Both the position numbers and the translations under genes were made by a program. A stretch of 59,325 nt of DNA, filler included. It is 7 parts of 7 records of this genome, joined end to end, with 100 filler letters (N's around TTAATTAATTAA, not from the genome) between each part and the next. Parts side by side here need not be neighbours in the genome. Positions count along the whole stretch, not along the records: positions 29,390 to 37,696 come from SRR31156797_50300; positions 37,797 to 47,116 come from SRR31156797_50366; 5 more parts are not named here. One strand, given 5' to 3'. The notes beneath the pieces are model-generated. The model was not told where the DNA came from, did no database searches, and saw only the letters and a list, made by a program, of their open reading frames with translations. Positions 30,130-40,493 of the stretch are shown here, one piece after another (position 1 is the first letter of the stretch; every line of letters begins with the position of its first letter).

Positions 30130-31240
30130 TACTTTGCCCCATTTTTAGTAAATAATTTTCCATGAAATTATCCAGAACTTCCTCTCCGTCAAGGACTGCA
30201 TCAGCGTTGCCAGTTTCAAAATTTGTCCTGTGATCTTTAACCATTTTATATGGATGTAGAACATAACTTCTTATTTGACTTCCAAAATCAATTCCCATTT
30301 TCTGTTTTTCAGATTGAGCTGTTTCTTTCATCTTCTTTTCCATTTCAGCTTCATACATTTTTGAACGGAGAATTTTCATCGCGGTAGCCTTGTTCTTATG
30401 TTGGCTTCTTTCATTTTGACACTGAACAACGATTCCGGTTGGAACGTGGGTAATTCTTATTGCTGAATCTGTTGTGTTAATATGCTGTCCCCCAGCTCCG
30501 CTAGCACGAAAAGTGTCAATCTTAAGATCCTTTTCTTCAATATCTATTTCAATTGAATCATCTATCTCTGGTGTGACAAAAGCACTTGAAAAAGATGTGT
30601 GTCTTCTTTTATTTGAATCAAAAGGTGATATTCTGACCAGTCTGTGAACTCCAATTTCGGCCTTGAGGTATCCAAAAGCGTAATCACCTGATATGATGAA
30701 GGTTATGCTTTTTATTCCAGCGGCGTCATCACCTGTTACTTTGTCAATTATTTCAACCTGGAAGCCTTTTCTTTCTCCCCAGCGAAGATACATTCTTGAA
30801 AGCATTACTGCCCAATCCTGAGACTCTCTTCCACCGGCGCCTGCATTAATATTGATAATTGCGTTCAAGTGGTCTGTCTTTCCGCCAAGCATTTTCTGGA
30901 ACTCAACTTTGCCAAGGATCTTTTCAGTAGTTTCGAGTGCTTTTTGAGCCTCGTCTTCCATTGTTTCATCTTCTTCGAACATTTCTTTTGCCAGCAGAAG
31001 TTCTTCAAAGATATTCTCAAACTGAACAAAAAGTTTTATGCTGTTTTCCAGAACTCTTTTTTCCTTGTTTACTGCTGCCATTCTGTTGTTATCTGACCAC
31101 ATTTCAGGATCGTTCAAAAGTCCGTCAAGATCAGTAAGTCGACTCTTTTTTTCTTCAATACTCAGAGAAGTGTATAAAATGTCTGCTTTTTTCCTGTATT
31201 CATTTATCTTCTGACTCAGTTCTTTCAGGCTTATGGTCAT
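30119..31240 (-). CDS. prfB: Peptide chain release factor 2 (single reading frame)
   Basis: GVHRLVRISPF (SPF), GAGGQHIN (GGQ), QIRSYVLHPY. Confidence 0.97.
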   Translation of the reverse strand: MTISLKELSQKINEYRKKADILYTSLSIEEKKSRLTDLDGLLNDPEMWSDNNRMAAVNKEKRVLENSIKLFVQFENIFEELLLAKEMFEEDETMEDEAQKALETTEKILGKVEFQKMLGGKTDHLNAIININAGAGGRESQDWAVMLSRMYLRWGERKGFQVEIIDKVTGDDAAGIKSITFIISGDYAFGYLKAEIGVHRLVRISPFDSNKRRHTSFSSAFVTPEIDDSIEIDIEEKDLKIDTFRASGAGGQHINTTDSAIRITHVPTGIVVQCQNERSQHKNKATAMKILRSKMYEAEMEKKMKETAQSEKQKMGIDFGSQIRSYVLHPYKMVKDHRTNFETGNADAVLDGEEVLDNFMENYLLKMGQSNED

Positions 31241-31242
31241 CT

Positions 31243-32076
31243 TTACTCCCAGTCAAGATTGTTCAGGTTAATTTTTGCACCGTATTCACGTATCATTGTG
31301 TTTTGATAACTGTTCCATTTTTCCTGTCCTTGAGAATTTACAAGTTTCTCAATTATCAGCGGGTAAGCTCTTAAAAAGCTCAAGTTGCGTTTGTATGCAT
31401 ACCCTGCGATCTCAATGATGGTATAAAAATTATCACTGTCAAGATAAGGCCCGAGAATTTCGCCCGGAAGACTGGAAAGAACATCTTTTTTCCAAAGATC
31501 GTCCATCACATCACGGCTGAAAAGTCCCCAGTCGCCATTATTTCTTGAAAGTGAGTCATCATCAGAGAATCTTGCTGAAAGCATTCTGATGCTTGCACCA
31601 CTTCTAAGCTGCTCAAGAATAGCATCGGCGGATTTTTTTGAAAGTGTTCTTATTGCATAGAGCCTGTAGAGTTTTTCACGATAGAACATTTCTTTATGCT
31701 CAAGATAATATTTCTTAACAGTCTCATCATCAATAGAAAAAAGTTCTTTTTTTGTTTTTTTACGCATGTAGTCAATGACAGTTCTACGCTTAAAATCGCC
31801 TATCTTTTGAGAAACTTCGGCAATTTTGACAATTCCTTCTTTCATTCCCGCTTCATAAAGCAGTTTGTCAGAAAGTTCACGCATAAGATAGTTGCGTCTC
31901 ATTTCCTTTGAGTCATCAAGCCCGTTTCTTCTAAGCCACAGAGTGTACTTCCCCTTAAAATCTGAAACGGATACGACCTTTCCTTTGAAAACATACATTA
32001 TGTTGGAATCGTTGTTCCTTCCGCATGAAAAAACCAGTGCGATAAAAACAAAGAAAAAAGCAATAACCCTTTTCAT
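31243..32076 (-). CDS. Parvulin (PpiC)-type peptidyl-prolyl isomerase/chaperone lipoprotein
   Basis: Lipobox VFSC; EQLRSGASIRMLSARFSDD...NNGDWG...GEILGP rotamase pattern. Confidence 0.8.
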   Translation of the reverse strand: MKRVIAFFFVFIALVFSCGRNNDSNIMYVFKGKVVSVSDFKGKYTLWLRRNGLDDSKEMRRNYLMRELSDKLLYEAGMKEGIVKIAEVSQKIGDFKRRTVIDYMRKKTKKELFSIDDETVKKYYLEHKEMFYREKLYRLYAIRTLSKKSADAILEQLRSGASIRMLSARFSDDDSLSRNNGDWGLFSRDVMDDLWKKDVLSSLPGEILGPYLDSDNFYTIIEIAGYAYKRNLSFLRAYPLIIEKLVNSQGQEKWNSYQNTMIREYGAKINLNNLDWE

Positions 32077-32177
32077 TTTCCCCCCTAAAAAGTGGCTATC
32101 ATTCTACAATAAATAATAAGACATTACAAGTTGATGTTTCAACCCTCTCAAACACCTATTAATATACTAAAACATTA

Positions 32178-32206
32178 TTGAATTTAGAGGTGTTTCATGG
32201 TAAAAT
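32178..32206 (+). promoter_or_regulatory. Sigma70 promoter with extended -10
   Basis: TTGAAT-17-TAAAAT with a preceding TG. Confidence 0.55.
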
Positions 32207-32246
32207 GCGCACCTTAATTTAGTTGTATGTATTTTGGGGGAAAGTG

Positions 32247-35200
32247 ATGAGCCGTTTAATTAAGTTCGTAATGATCGCTATTTTAGCGTTCACTGTTCTA
32301 TCCTGTGAGATGTTCGATACATCGGCAGGTTCTTTTCAGATCAAGTTTCAGTGGCCTGAAGAAGGCAAGCCTGATTTTGAGCAAAAGGAATACCACCTTT
32401 GGGTAGTTCTTGAACAGTGGAAGGATGGTGATGATGAAAAAGCATCCATTGTTATGCAGACGGCTCCGACAAAATTCAGTGTAGATGGAAAAGCTAAGGT
32501 TGACCTTAGCGATGTCAAATACGCTGAAGATCTTGTCATAAAAGTTGAGATAAGAGGAAGTACGAAGACTCAGGATAGAGTTCTCTACTACGGAAGAAGT
32601 GAGCTTTTCACATTTAAGAGCAGCGACAAGAACAAAGAGGTCAAAGTAAAACTTCAGACTCAGGCTACCCCCGGCACTGGATCTGCGGATGAAAGCGGCA
32701 TCTCTTTAAAAATAGTTCAAAACGGCAAAGAAGTCACAAAGATAAATGATACAGTTGTATCTGTTAGAGTTAGAGTTGTAAACGGCACAAAAGTCATCAT
32801 TGCTAACTCCCTTTCAATTCTTGAGCAATATTTAAATGATAATAGCTCCGTTACCGATGGCGTTATTGAAAAACCTGTTGCAGAAATGACCGAAGCTGGT
32901 GAAGAGATTTATGATCTTGAAGGTTGGGACCTTAATACCGGTCTGGCATTTTCAGACAGTGACGGTGGTGAGCGCGTTGTTTTTGGAAAACTTGTTAATG
33001 ATGAAGGATATGTTTCCGAGACCATTCAGGCAACGGTGGCTGTTGATAAGACTGCGCCAGTTATCATTAACCCCACAGTTTCTCCAAATCCTGCAAAACT
33101 TGATGATGTTGTTACAGCAACTTTCAGTTTCAGTGAGGAGATCGACCCTGACACTCTTGAACTTAACTGGGATGGACTTGGTTTTGTGGTTGATGACAGT
33201 ACCGAAGGAAGCATTATTAAATACACATATACAGTTAAGCCTGCAGATGAGGAGAAAACATATACTTTAACTGGTTCTGCAAAGGACCTGATAGGAAATG
33301 GTCCAGTCGAATTTCAGTTGGGTGAGCTTCTAATTGACAGAACTAAGCCGTCTGTAAAAAACGAAACTGTTGCGGTGACCGATGATAAAAGTTCAATAAG
33401 ATCAGGAGACACTGTTACTGTCACATTTGAAGTTAGTGAGGAGATCGAGGGTTATCCACAAGTGTCGGTGGATGGTAAGAATTTTGACAGAGTGGGCGAA
33501 TCTATAGAGCCGTATGAATTTACCTATCTTGTCAGTGATAGCGATCTTGACGGGACAAAAACAATTCTGGTCTCTTTGACAGATAATGCTGGAAATTCAG
33601 ATGTTGTTGAGCTTGGGACAACTGTGAAATTTGACCTTTCTGCCCCTGAGATCGTAAATCCGATCGTTACTCCTTCTGGAGATCCGGGACTTGCAGCACT
33701 TGGCAGCAGGATAGAGATCAGATTTAATATCAGTGAAGAAGTTGAAGAGCTGAAGTTTTTTGTTAACGGTGCACAAAATACTGATACTTTCACGGAATCT
33801 GTTGATGGATTGACATATATTTATTCAAGAACAGTGGACTCAAGCGATTCAGCTGTTCCTGCCTATGTTTTTTCAGTTTCTGCAATTGATTCAGCTGGAA
33901 ATTCACTTGATGAGCAGTCTTTAGGAACGGTCAATGTTGATGTTGTTAAACCGGAAATATCTACACATGCTATTTCAAAGAATAAGGTTAAGTTGCTGGA
34001 ATCATTTAGTGTTGAGCTTAACATTTCCGAGGCGCTGTCATCTGTTTCACTGCTTGTGGGATCAAAAGACATTTCTTCAACATGTGTTGCTTCAACAACA
34101 GTTGATAATCAGTATCTTTGCACTCATATAGCCAACAAGGATGATGATGAAGGTGATGGTGTTAAGCAGTTCAGTGTTATGATGTCAGATCTAGCCGGAA
34201 ATTCATCAACCGTTCAGTTAAAGGATGGAACCGGAGCAAATGAAACAATAGAATATGATGTTACACCTCCCGATGTTGTTAATCCGGTCGTTGCTCCTGA
34301 AAAAGCAAACCTTGACAGCACGGTAGATGTGAGATTCAGTTTTACGGAAAATGTTGATGGTCTGGTCGTAGACTGGGGTGATCTTGATGGAAAGTTCATT
34401 CGAGATAATGAAGAAACCAATAAAAAACTGTTTATCTATAAGCATAAAGTTGTTGAAGCGGATGAAGAAGGCGTTTTTCCTGTTACTATTACAGCAGCGT
34501 TTGATGAAGCAGGAAATGCTATCAGCGGAAATATTCTTATTGGAAATGTTGAAATAGACAACAGTGCTCCTGCTGTTTTTCAAACCGACATAAAGGTAAA
34601 TGATGACTCTTCAAGAAGTTATGTTGTGACAGATGACGAAGTGAAGATCATCTTTGAAGTGCATGAAGAGATCAGTGATTATACTGCACGTATCGGGCTT
34701 CTTAAAATTGAGACATGTTCGCAGGAAGTTGTTACAGAAGGAACAAAATATACATGCACTTACTCCACTCCTTCTGCAGATGATGGTGAAGGAACAAAGG
34801 ATGTTACCGTCGAAGTTAAGGATCTTGCTGGAAATGCAAAATCACATCCAATTGGCCAGTTGACCTTTGATATGAGTGATCCTGAGATCTCAAGCTCTAT
34901 TGTTATTCCTGAAAAAGTTAATCTTTCAAGTAGTGATGTTCAGGTTAAATTTTCTTTTTCAGAAGATGTCAGTGTTCTTAGCGAAGATGTGACAATGGTT
35001 GCTGACCCGGGCTCTGCTGATGCACTAGCTTTGAGTTGCAACACAGGCACTGATTATAAAAAACAGTTTACATGTACTGCAACTTTTGACGGGGCTGATA
35101 CAAGAGTAGCAGATTATGCAATAACAATCGCTGCCCAGGATAGAGCAGGGAACAGAGTTGAAAATCTTTCTGTAGGTACAGTTAGTATGGACCGCGAAAA

Positions 35201-37696
35201 GCCAACTATAACAGAAAGTAACGTCAACCCTGAATCTGTTAAGAGCGGGGAGCCTTTTGAAATAAGCTTTACTGTTAATGAAACTCTTGCTGCAGCTCCT
35301 ATCGTAAAAGTTGGAGATAAGGAACTGCCGGGAACAGAATGCAGCGAAACCACAGAAAATAGATTCAGTTGTAACCACATAGCTAATAATGATGGTGATG
35401 AGACGGATGGAACAAAATCTATATCTGTCAACCTTAGAGATCCAGCTGGAAACATCAGCACGGAAGTTCTCGCAAAGACAGTATCATACGACGCGACTAG
35501 ACCGACTGTTATCAATACGATCATTATTCCTGAATCTGTAGCTAATCAGTACGATTCTGTGATACAGGTGCGTTTTAGTTTTTCTGAAACCATAGATTAC
35601 CCGACGAAATTTGATTTTAAAGCATCTTCAAGAGATGGGCTTGCTACTCTTCCGACCTTTTCCTGTAGCGCATCTTCTGCTAGCAACCAGTCTTTTATTT
35701 GTGAAGGATCTTATCTAGCTAGTGATGAAACTATTGATGAGCTTACTTTCAGTGTTAAGGCATCTGATGTTGCTGGAAACACTTTGGAAGAAAGTGATGC
35801 TTATAAAGATCTCGGGTCTCTTGAAATAGATAGAAGGCCTGCAGCAATAACGTTTGGTGATGTTACTCCGGGAAGTGTGAATAAATCGGTGACAGAAGTG
35901 ATCGTGGAATTTACGGTTGATGAAGTTCCTCAAGAAGATCCAAGAGTTTATCTGGGTTCTATCATGAAGGTGGTTCCTGAAAGCTCAACTCCTGAGGGAG
36001 ATTCTGTAAAATATACATATAGATTTACGGACCTTTCCGAACTTGGTGACGGAGATGTCAGCGTACTTGTAGAGGTTTCTGATCCTGCGGGGAACATTTC
36101 TTCAAATGAGTACTTAAGTGCTCTTGTTGTTGATAGAACTTCTCCTTCAGTAATGACTTCAAGTCTTTCTCCAAAAATTGTAAATAAGCAGACTGAGGAG
36201 CTCCAGATATCGTTAACATTCTCTGAGCCGATCAATAGTTTCACAGGAGCTGATATAACTTCGGTCCCATCTGTTTTTACCGGATGGACTTGTATGGATC
36301 CGGATGCTGGTGGACAGAATTTTATATGTAGCCATGATCTCAGTGCTTTAACCTTGTCAGATGTTAACTACGAATTCTTTGTCGTTGCGGACGATATGTC
36401 AGGAAATCCGCTTGAGACATCGCCTTTTACTCTTGGAAGTATTCTGGTTGATAAAACTGATCCAATAGCTACTTTCACTTCCGTGTCGCCTGGTTCTGTT
36501 AACAAGGCAAGTGGTCTTATCTCTGTTTCATTCACGGCAAGTGAAGAGCTTGATAGAGATCCTGTTGTTAAGATCGGAAGCGATCTTTTTTCTTCCACAC
36601 CTGCATCTAAATCAGGGTTGGATTATGTTTATGAATTTACTGATCTCAGTGGTCTTTCTGATGGAAACAAGTCTGTAGAGGTTGTTCTGACCGATATGTC
36701 AGGCAATGAGTTTGCATCCACGTATGAATTTGAGATTCTGGTTGATAGAACATCTCCAACTGTTACTCCGGGAGGTGTCGCACCGGCTATAGCAAATGAA
36801 AATACTGACAATGTTACCGTTTTCTTTAGTTTTTCTGAAACTGTAACAGGTTTTGATAACAACTCAATAACAGTTACCCCATCCGGAGTTCTGACAAGCT
36901 ATAACTGTACAAATCCTACAGGTGATAATCAGTCATTTAAATGCGTTTTTGATTGCACTGCTTCTCCTGCTGAAGGAACTTACGAGTTCTTTGTTGAAGC
37001 AACTGATGATGCGGGAAATGATATGGAATCAGCGCCTGTAAAGGTTGGCGAGGTCCTTCTTGATACAGATGGATTTGAAGTTACATTTGATACAGTTACT
37101 CCAGATCCACACATAGTTAATATAGGAACAGGATCAATTACAGTAATTTTTACGACCGAAGAGGTTCCGGGAGGTAATCCTGTTGTAAAGGTAGGAACTG
37201 AACTTTCATCAAGTAGTCCGCTAAATGTTACAAATGGTGGAAAGACCTTTGAATATGCTTTTAGTGATTTTGACGGGGTTTCTGACGGACCAAAGGGTAT
37301 CTTTCTGGAGTTAGAGGATGATTCCGGTAATAATTTTACAGCCTCATGGAGCGGAATAATTCATGTTGATAGAACGCTTCCTTCTATTATTTCATCTTCT
37401 GCAGGACCTGATTATGTAAATGCAATAACTGATCAGATCAGTTTGAGCATTAGTTTTTCTGAACCTGTTGATAGCTTCTCCGGAACAAATATTACTGTTT
37501 CTCCATCAGGGGTGCTTGCTGCCTTTAACTGTTCCACATCAGATGATCAGACATTCTCATGTTCATCCAATACTTCCGGTCTGACCTCGGCTGCAGATGG
37601 CAACTATGAGTTCTCTGCTTTAGCTCAGGATGTAGCAGGAAATGTAATGAGTTCTACTGAACTGATCGGTGATGTTACTATTGATAGAGATGTGCC
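32247..37696 (+). CDS. Giant surface lipoprotein with tandem bacterial Ig-like repeats, 3'-truncated
   Basis: Lipobox VLSC; 15 DxxGN...vDxtxP repeats of about 100-110 aa; acidic, Ser/Thr/Val-rich. Confidence 0.88.
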
Positions 37697-37796
37697 NNNN
37701 NNNNNNNNNNNNNNNNNNNNNNNNNNNNNNNNNNNNNNNNTTAATTAATTAANNNNNNNNNNNNNNNNNNNNNNNNNNNNNNNNNNNNNNNNNNNN
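37697..37796. other. Artificial contig spacer
   Basis: Same 100-nt linker. Confidence 0.99.
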
Positions 37797-38179
37797 AGGT
37801 CATAAATGGCAATGGCAAACATCCCCCTTAGCTTGTTCCAAGCCTCATTTCCCTGGTCCTCATAGAGATGGAGTATGCACTCCAGGTCACCGTCCGTATT
37901 AAATTTATGGCCTTTCTTCAATAGTTCTGAACGTAATTCATTAAAATTATATATTTCCCCGTTGCCGATGAGGATTAATCGTCTGTTTTCATTGAAAATC
38001 GGTTGCGGTGAATTTTCCAAATCGACTATGGGGAGTCTTCTTGACCCCAAGGCCACCGTACTGTTCGACCAGGTAGCGTCGACGGTACCCCGATGTTGAA
38101 TCGAGTCCAACATGGTTTCGATGTATTCGTTGGGCCGAGCCGCCGATTTCAGATTATAAACACCCGTGATACCACACAT
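37797..38179 (-). CDS. asnB: Asparagine synthase-type amidotransferase, N-terminal fragment
   Basis: MCGITG, HRG, RRLPIVD, QP, NGEIYNF, LRGMFA. Confidence 0.88.
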
Positions 38180-38370
38180 ACCCTTTACCCTTCCTTTCCG
38201 TGGTCATTTTTTACCTGAATGAAGATACTTAATCAAGAACCAAAATATGAGGGTAATCCGCCAATGTTCGTACAGTATCGGCCCCAGGGCCGATACATTA
38301 CTATTTTGCCCATAAAAGAGAACAACGGCGCAATAGCCAGGGCGATCATAATGATATTTACATCCATTGA

Positions 38371-39690
38371 TTGGATGTGATAATTTCCAAACCGCTTTAT
38401 CATCGTTCATATGCTTTATTTAAAATATTTCTCCAGGGAGTTGGCAGCTTGAAAATTCCATCAAACAGAAATCCCAATGGAAAAACAATTTATCTCTGTG
38501 GGGCAGGGGGCAAGGGGAACATCGGGGCTGAAGCGATCATGCTTTCGATCATTAAGCTCTTCCAGGAGCGCTATGAAAATGTGCACTTCATCATTAATTC
38601 GTGGCACCCTGATCGAATCCGTGAACTGTTGCTTCCATTGGATGGTGATTTCACCTCTTTCAGCCTTAGCCGTGAAAGCATCCTGGCCAACCCCCTTACC
38701 ATAGCAAAAGCGGATATCTTTGTTATATGTGGCGACGTCTCCATCAGTGAGACGGTAATCTCCTTTCTCCCCCTGTACTATGCAATACGAACGGTCGCGC
38801 CCAGGATGCTCGGCAAACGGGTCCTTTTTCTTGGAATAGAGGCTGAAGAAGTCAAGAGAAGGATGAATGTTTTTGCTTTGAAATATTTAATACGCTGGAC
38901 TACCGATTTTCACTTATTGCGAAATGAAATGTCCTTCGCCAATCTGAAGCGCTTCTTCCCTGATGAAAAGCCCCTTCTTCTCGGCTGCGAACCCAGCCTG
39001 ACTTTTTTCCCCGAACACCTTGAAGGATTCGAGTATTGCGACCATAGGATTTCCAACGCTAAACTTCTCGTGGGATTTGGTATCAGGGATTTTTTTTCAA
39101 CTGCCCTCAAGCTGGACATTACAAAGATGAAACTGCGGAGACGCGACGTTCCCACCGGTCGGATTACGGAGAAGATGCGTCAGATCATTAGATTTACCGC
39201 CCGTATTGCAGATTATCTCGTGGAGAAATACGATGCTCAGCCTGTATTTGTTCCACATCATTTTTTGCCTGAACATGACAGAGTCATATTACCCGACTCC
39301 CATATTGCCGAAATGATCATCAATGAAATGAAAAAACCCAATGACGCCGTCATACTCAAAAACAATCTGCACCCATTTCAGATCATCAACTTCTACAAGC
39401 GGTTCGACCTGGTTTTCTCCATGCGACATCATACAAACGCGTTCGCCTATTACAGCGCCGTGCCAACCTTCGGATACGGGATTTCTGAAAAAATATTCAA
39501 TTTTTTTGATGAAATTGGCCAAGATAACATGTTGATAGATCCGTACAACTCCGAAATGGGTGAAATAAAGCTGCGCATAGATGAAGTACTTCAGAGCAAA
39601 GGGGAAATCTCGAAAAAACTAAAGGCCGAAATGGCAAAATCCAAACAGCGTATGATTCAGGCGCTGGATACGGCCCTGGAAGGGATGTAG
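38371..39690 (+). CDS. Polysaccharide pyruvyl transferase family protein (true start probably the TTG near 38449)
   Basis: GNIGAEAIM, LRNEMS, FVPHH, SMRHH...A....VP motifs. Confidence 0.78.
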   Translation: MDVIISKPLYHRSYALFKIFLQGVGSLKIPSNRNPNGKTIYLCGAGGKGNIGAEAIMLSIIKLFQERYENVHFIINSWHPDRIRELLLPLDGDFTSFSLSRESILANPLTIAKADIFVICGDVSISETVISFLPLYYAIRTVAPRMLGKRVLFLGIEAEEVKRRMNVFALKYLIRWTTDFHLLRNEMSFANLKRFFPDEKPLLLGCEPSLTFFPEHLEGFEYCDHRISNAKLLVGFGIRDFFSTALKLDITKMKLRRRDVPTGRITEKMRQIIRFTARIADYLVEKYDAQPVFVPHHFLPEHDRVILPDSHIAEMIINEMKKPNDAVILKNNLHPFQIINFYKRFDLVFSMRHHTNAFAYYSAVPTFGYGISEKIFNFFDEIGQDNMLIDPYNSEMGEIKLRIDEVLQSKGEISKKLKAEMAKSKQRMIQALDTALEGM

Positions 39691-39778
39691 GCGATCTTAG
39701 GGGATCGGGGCCATTGTTCAAAAGATGCGCCATGAATGGCAATGAGATCCTTTCACCGCCTGAGCCATTCCGCATAAA

Positions 39779-40480
39779 TCATGGCAACCGGGCCCCAATA
39801 GCCTGATGGACCTTGTCCATTAAACGCGGGATGTCCTTCTTGCCATACCCTGAAAGGGGAATGGGTTCGCCGATGTGGAGGCTGTAGGATCCCTTGTTGA
39901 TACGGAGACTCCCTTTTGTGGCAATACGATGGCTTCCGTTGATGACCACCGGTACGATGTCGCAGCCGGACTTGAAAGCCAGGTTAAAACCTCCCCGTTT
40001 GAAAGATTGCAGTCGGCCGTCCACGCTCCGGGTCCCTTCCGGAAAAATAAGCACCGAGGCCCCATCCTTGATCCGTTTTGCCGCAAGAGCAATGCTTTTC
40101 ACCGCTTTTCTGGGATCTTTTCTTTCGATTCCGACATACCCCGCCCGGGTCATGGCGGGCCCGAGAAGAGGGATGTTCATGAGCTCCTGTTTCAGGATGA
40201 ACTTGAAATCCACCGGAAGAAACGCCAGCAGGGTCCAGATGTCGAAAAAACTCTGGTGGTTGCACATGTAGATGCGGGGTATTTTGGGGCGCACATTTTC
40301 CAGGCCGCTAACGGCCACACGAATGCCGCAGACGCGCAATATGACTCTGGCCCACGGCACGGCGCAACGAAAATGAACGGTGCGTGCCGTACCGCCAAAA
40401 ATGGAAAGCACCAGCCCCCATAAACACATGACAATGGAAAAAAGACCGATAAAGGCGTTTAAAGCAACATATCTAAACAT
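39779..40480 (-). CDS. plsC: 1-acyl-sn-glycerol-3-phosphate acyltransferase
   Basis: NHQSFFD, FPEGTRS, FKRGGF, IVPV. Confidence 0.9.
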   Translation of the reverse strand: MFRYVALNAFIGLFSIVMCLWGLVLSIFGGTARTVHFRCAVPWARVILRVCGIRVAVSGLENVRPKIPRIYMCNHQSFFDIWTLLAFLPVDFKFILKQELMNIPLLGPAMTRAGYVGIERKDPRKAVKSIALAAKRIKDGASVLIFPEGTRSVDGRLQSFKRGGFNLAFKSGCDIVPVVINGSHRIATKGSLRINKGSYSLHIGEPIPLSGYGKKDIPRLMDKVHQAIGARLP

Positions 40481-40493
40481 TTTATTTCTCCCA

